Below are positions 4,689-6,321 of a stretch of 6,321 bases of DNA, piece after piece. The position numbers and the translations under genes are program-made. Position 1 is the stretch's first letter. Each line of letters opens with the position of its first letter. The notes below the pieces were generated by a model. That model had not been told where the DNA came from, ran no database searches, and worked only from the letters and a program-made list of their open reading frames with translations. This DNA comes from Candidatus Heimdallarchaeota archaeon B3_Heim (GTDB lineage Archaea; Asgardarchaeota; Heimdallarchaeia; Hodarchaeales; Hodarchaeaceae), in assembly GCA_003144275.1 (NCBI GenBank), contig NJBF01000095.1:1-6321 (forward strand). The letters are read 5' to 3'.

Positions 4689-6321
4689 TTAAATTCTAAA
4701 AATACTCTTGGTCTCTAATTGTCTCATAACTTTTTTTAACACAGTAAATATTCTTTGGACTTCCTCCGATAATCCATCGCTCTTTACTGCTAAATTATGT
4801 GCTTCGATCCATATCCTATTCCGAGCGTTTTCTAACTGATCCTGTTGGCTCTTATCGATAATTCCTTCTGAAATTGCATCCTCAAGGATCCTACCATACT
4901 CTCTAACGTTAAACATAATTTTTTCTACAAGACTGATCTCTTCTTCAGTGAAAATCTTATCTATTAGGATTGTTTCTTTTAATTGACGCCAAATATAGGC
5001 AGTAACTGGATCAAAGGACCAACAACACGGTAATGTTTGAGGAATAATTGTTTGAGTATCAGCCATTTTACTTGGAAAGATGGGGCAGCATATTTCAGAC
5101 ACCTTTTCATCAATTTTCTTCTCACTTTGATGAGTGTAAATCGCCCAAGCAGTTAAACTTGATCCAATAAGTCCATTGGCTGCTAGGACTAGAATTGTGT
5201 ATTTTAACCCAATCGTTTCAATCAAATATCCTCCTACAGGTATTGTAAATATACTAACAACAAGGATTGCTGTTGGAATAAGTGAGTATATTGCATTCCG
5301 ATTATGATCAGGAATTACATCTAGGTAAAAACGTGGTTTCAGAACATCAGCCAAATATCGGGGACTGAAGGCAAATGTAAAGAAAAAGACTACAAGTCCT
5401 AATGATATAAGATTGAATGTAGAAGGTACTGGATTTATTACCAGCATGATGAACATTCCCAGAAAAAATAACACATCAGTACTGAGGATACCTATTGAAA
5501 GCCATTTTTTGGTGTTATGAATACGTACAGAGAAACTTCCTGCAATACCAGTGCAGATACCACTTAGAATGAATATAGTTGATCGTAATATTGCTGTCAA
5601 ACCATCTGATCTCGCATAACCATCATAAAGTGGAAATAAAATTAGTCCACTCCACACGGCAAAACCAGTTCCAGAGATAATCAAACCAAGAACCATCAGA
5701 CGTAGAGTCTTGTTTTTAGTTACAGTGAGGACTCCTCCTCCAAGATAGTGAAAATATTTTCTAAATTGCGGTTTTTCGCGCTTAAAAGCTTTATGGTCAC
5801 GGATAAGGACTAAGAAGAATATAGATAAAAGAACTAATGACATACCTTGAAATATAAACACCAATGACCTGTTAAGATAAGTCACCGTTATTCCTCCAAC
5901 AATAAACGACAGGGCATAGATGATTTCATGGAGCATAACATATTTTCCAAAAAATCTCGAATAAATTCGTCTATCGTCATCCTCATGCACATAATACTTG
6001 TAGTTATTATCGAGCCAAGAGATAAAAGCACCAGATTCCTGACTTCGTGCAAAAGCAATTAATATGAACGGTATTGAGATACTTATTAAATCTCTTGCCT
6101 GAGAAAGAAATATAAATCCGATTCCATATGATAGAGCGGCAATAAATAGAATCCAACGTTGGCCTATCCAATCGCCAAGTGCTCCTGTAGGATAATCAGA
6201 AATAGCTTGTATGATTGCTTGTAGAGCTAATAGTATGCTTAATTCAGGTAATGAAAGAAACTCTAAAGTGAAAAGAATCAGGAACGTGTTTGTTATCATC
6301 ACAGTAAATGTATAGATGAAG
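4689..6321 (-). CDS. MFS transporter with C-terminal soluble extension (5'-partial; the frame stays open to the window edge)
   Basis: MFS motif A-like DYPTGALGDWIGQRW, SQESGAFISWLDNNY loop and multiple TM helices. Upstream of the called GTG 6302 the frame continues FIYTFT without a stop, so the true start is outside the window. Residues encoded at 5132-4689 form a hydrophilic ~147-aa tail. Confidence 0.9.
   Translation of the reverse strand, partial: FIYTFTVMITNTFLILFTLEFLSLPELSILLALQAIIQAISDYPTGALGDWIGQRWILFIAALSYGIGFIFLSQARDLISISIPFILIAFARSQESGAFISWLDNNYKYYVHEDDDRRIYSRFFGKYVMLHEIIYALSFIVGGITVTYLNRSLVFIFQGMSLVLLSIFFLVLIRDHKAFKREKPQFRKYFHYLGGGVLTVTKNKTLRLMVLGLIISGTGFAVWSGLILFPLYDGYARSDGLTAILRSTIFILSGICTGIAGSFSVRIHNTKKWLSIGILSTDVLFFLGMFIMLVINPVPSTFNLISLGLVVFFFTFAFSPRYLADVLKPRFYLDVIPDHNRNAIYSLIPTAILVVSIFTIPVGGYLIETIGLKYTILVLAANGLIGSSLTAWAIYTHQSEKKIDEKVSEICCPIFPSKMADTQTIIPQTLPCCWSFDPVTAYIWRQLKETILIDKIFTEEEISLVEKIMFNVREYGRILEDAISEGIIDKSQQDQLENARNRIWIEAHNLAVKSDGLSEEVQRIFTVLKKVMRQLETKSIFRI

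Noticed and set aside
4603-4692. 29-codon plus-strand ORF (MGLLMDKKVISN...) between the two minus-strand genes
   Set aside because: Very short, with no RBS or motif, and it overlaps the MFS stop codon. Likely spurious.

Overview
AT-rich window that is most likely archaeal: TATA/BRE-like boxes, GGTG-type ribosome-binding sites and a geranylgeranyl-reductase paralogue. An Asgard/Heimdallarchaeia-like source is my inference only. From left to right: (i) the extreme 3' end of an IS200/IS605- or IS607-family tnpB gene with its overlapping omegaRNA (reRNA) scaffold and a long downstream hairpin, missed by the ORF track; (ii) a CorB/CNNM (DUF21-CBS-CorC_HlyC) Mg2+-transport family gene with a palindrome-rich upstream region; (iii) a translationally coupled AbrB-antitoxin/PIN(VapC)-toxin pair with its own TATA promoter bracketed by an 11-bp direct repeat; (iv) a geranylgeranyl-reductase-family flavoprotein; then, on the minus strand, (v) a small orphan membrane protein and (vi) a 5'-truncated MFS transporter with an unusual ~147-aa soluble C-terminal tail (two Cys-Cys pairs plus three TerB-like/pseudo-EF-hand helical repeats). 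I see no clearly multi-gene novel system. The strongest leads are the TnpB omegaRNA end and the MFS fusion domain.
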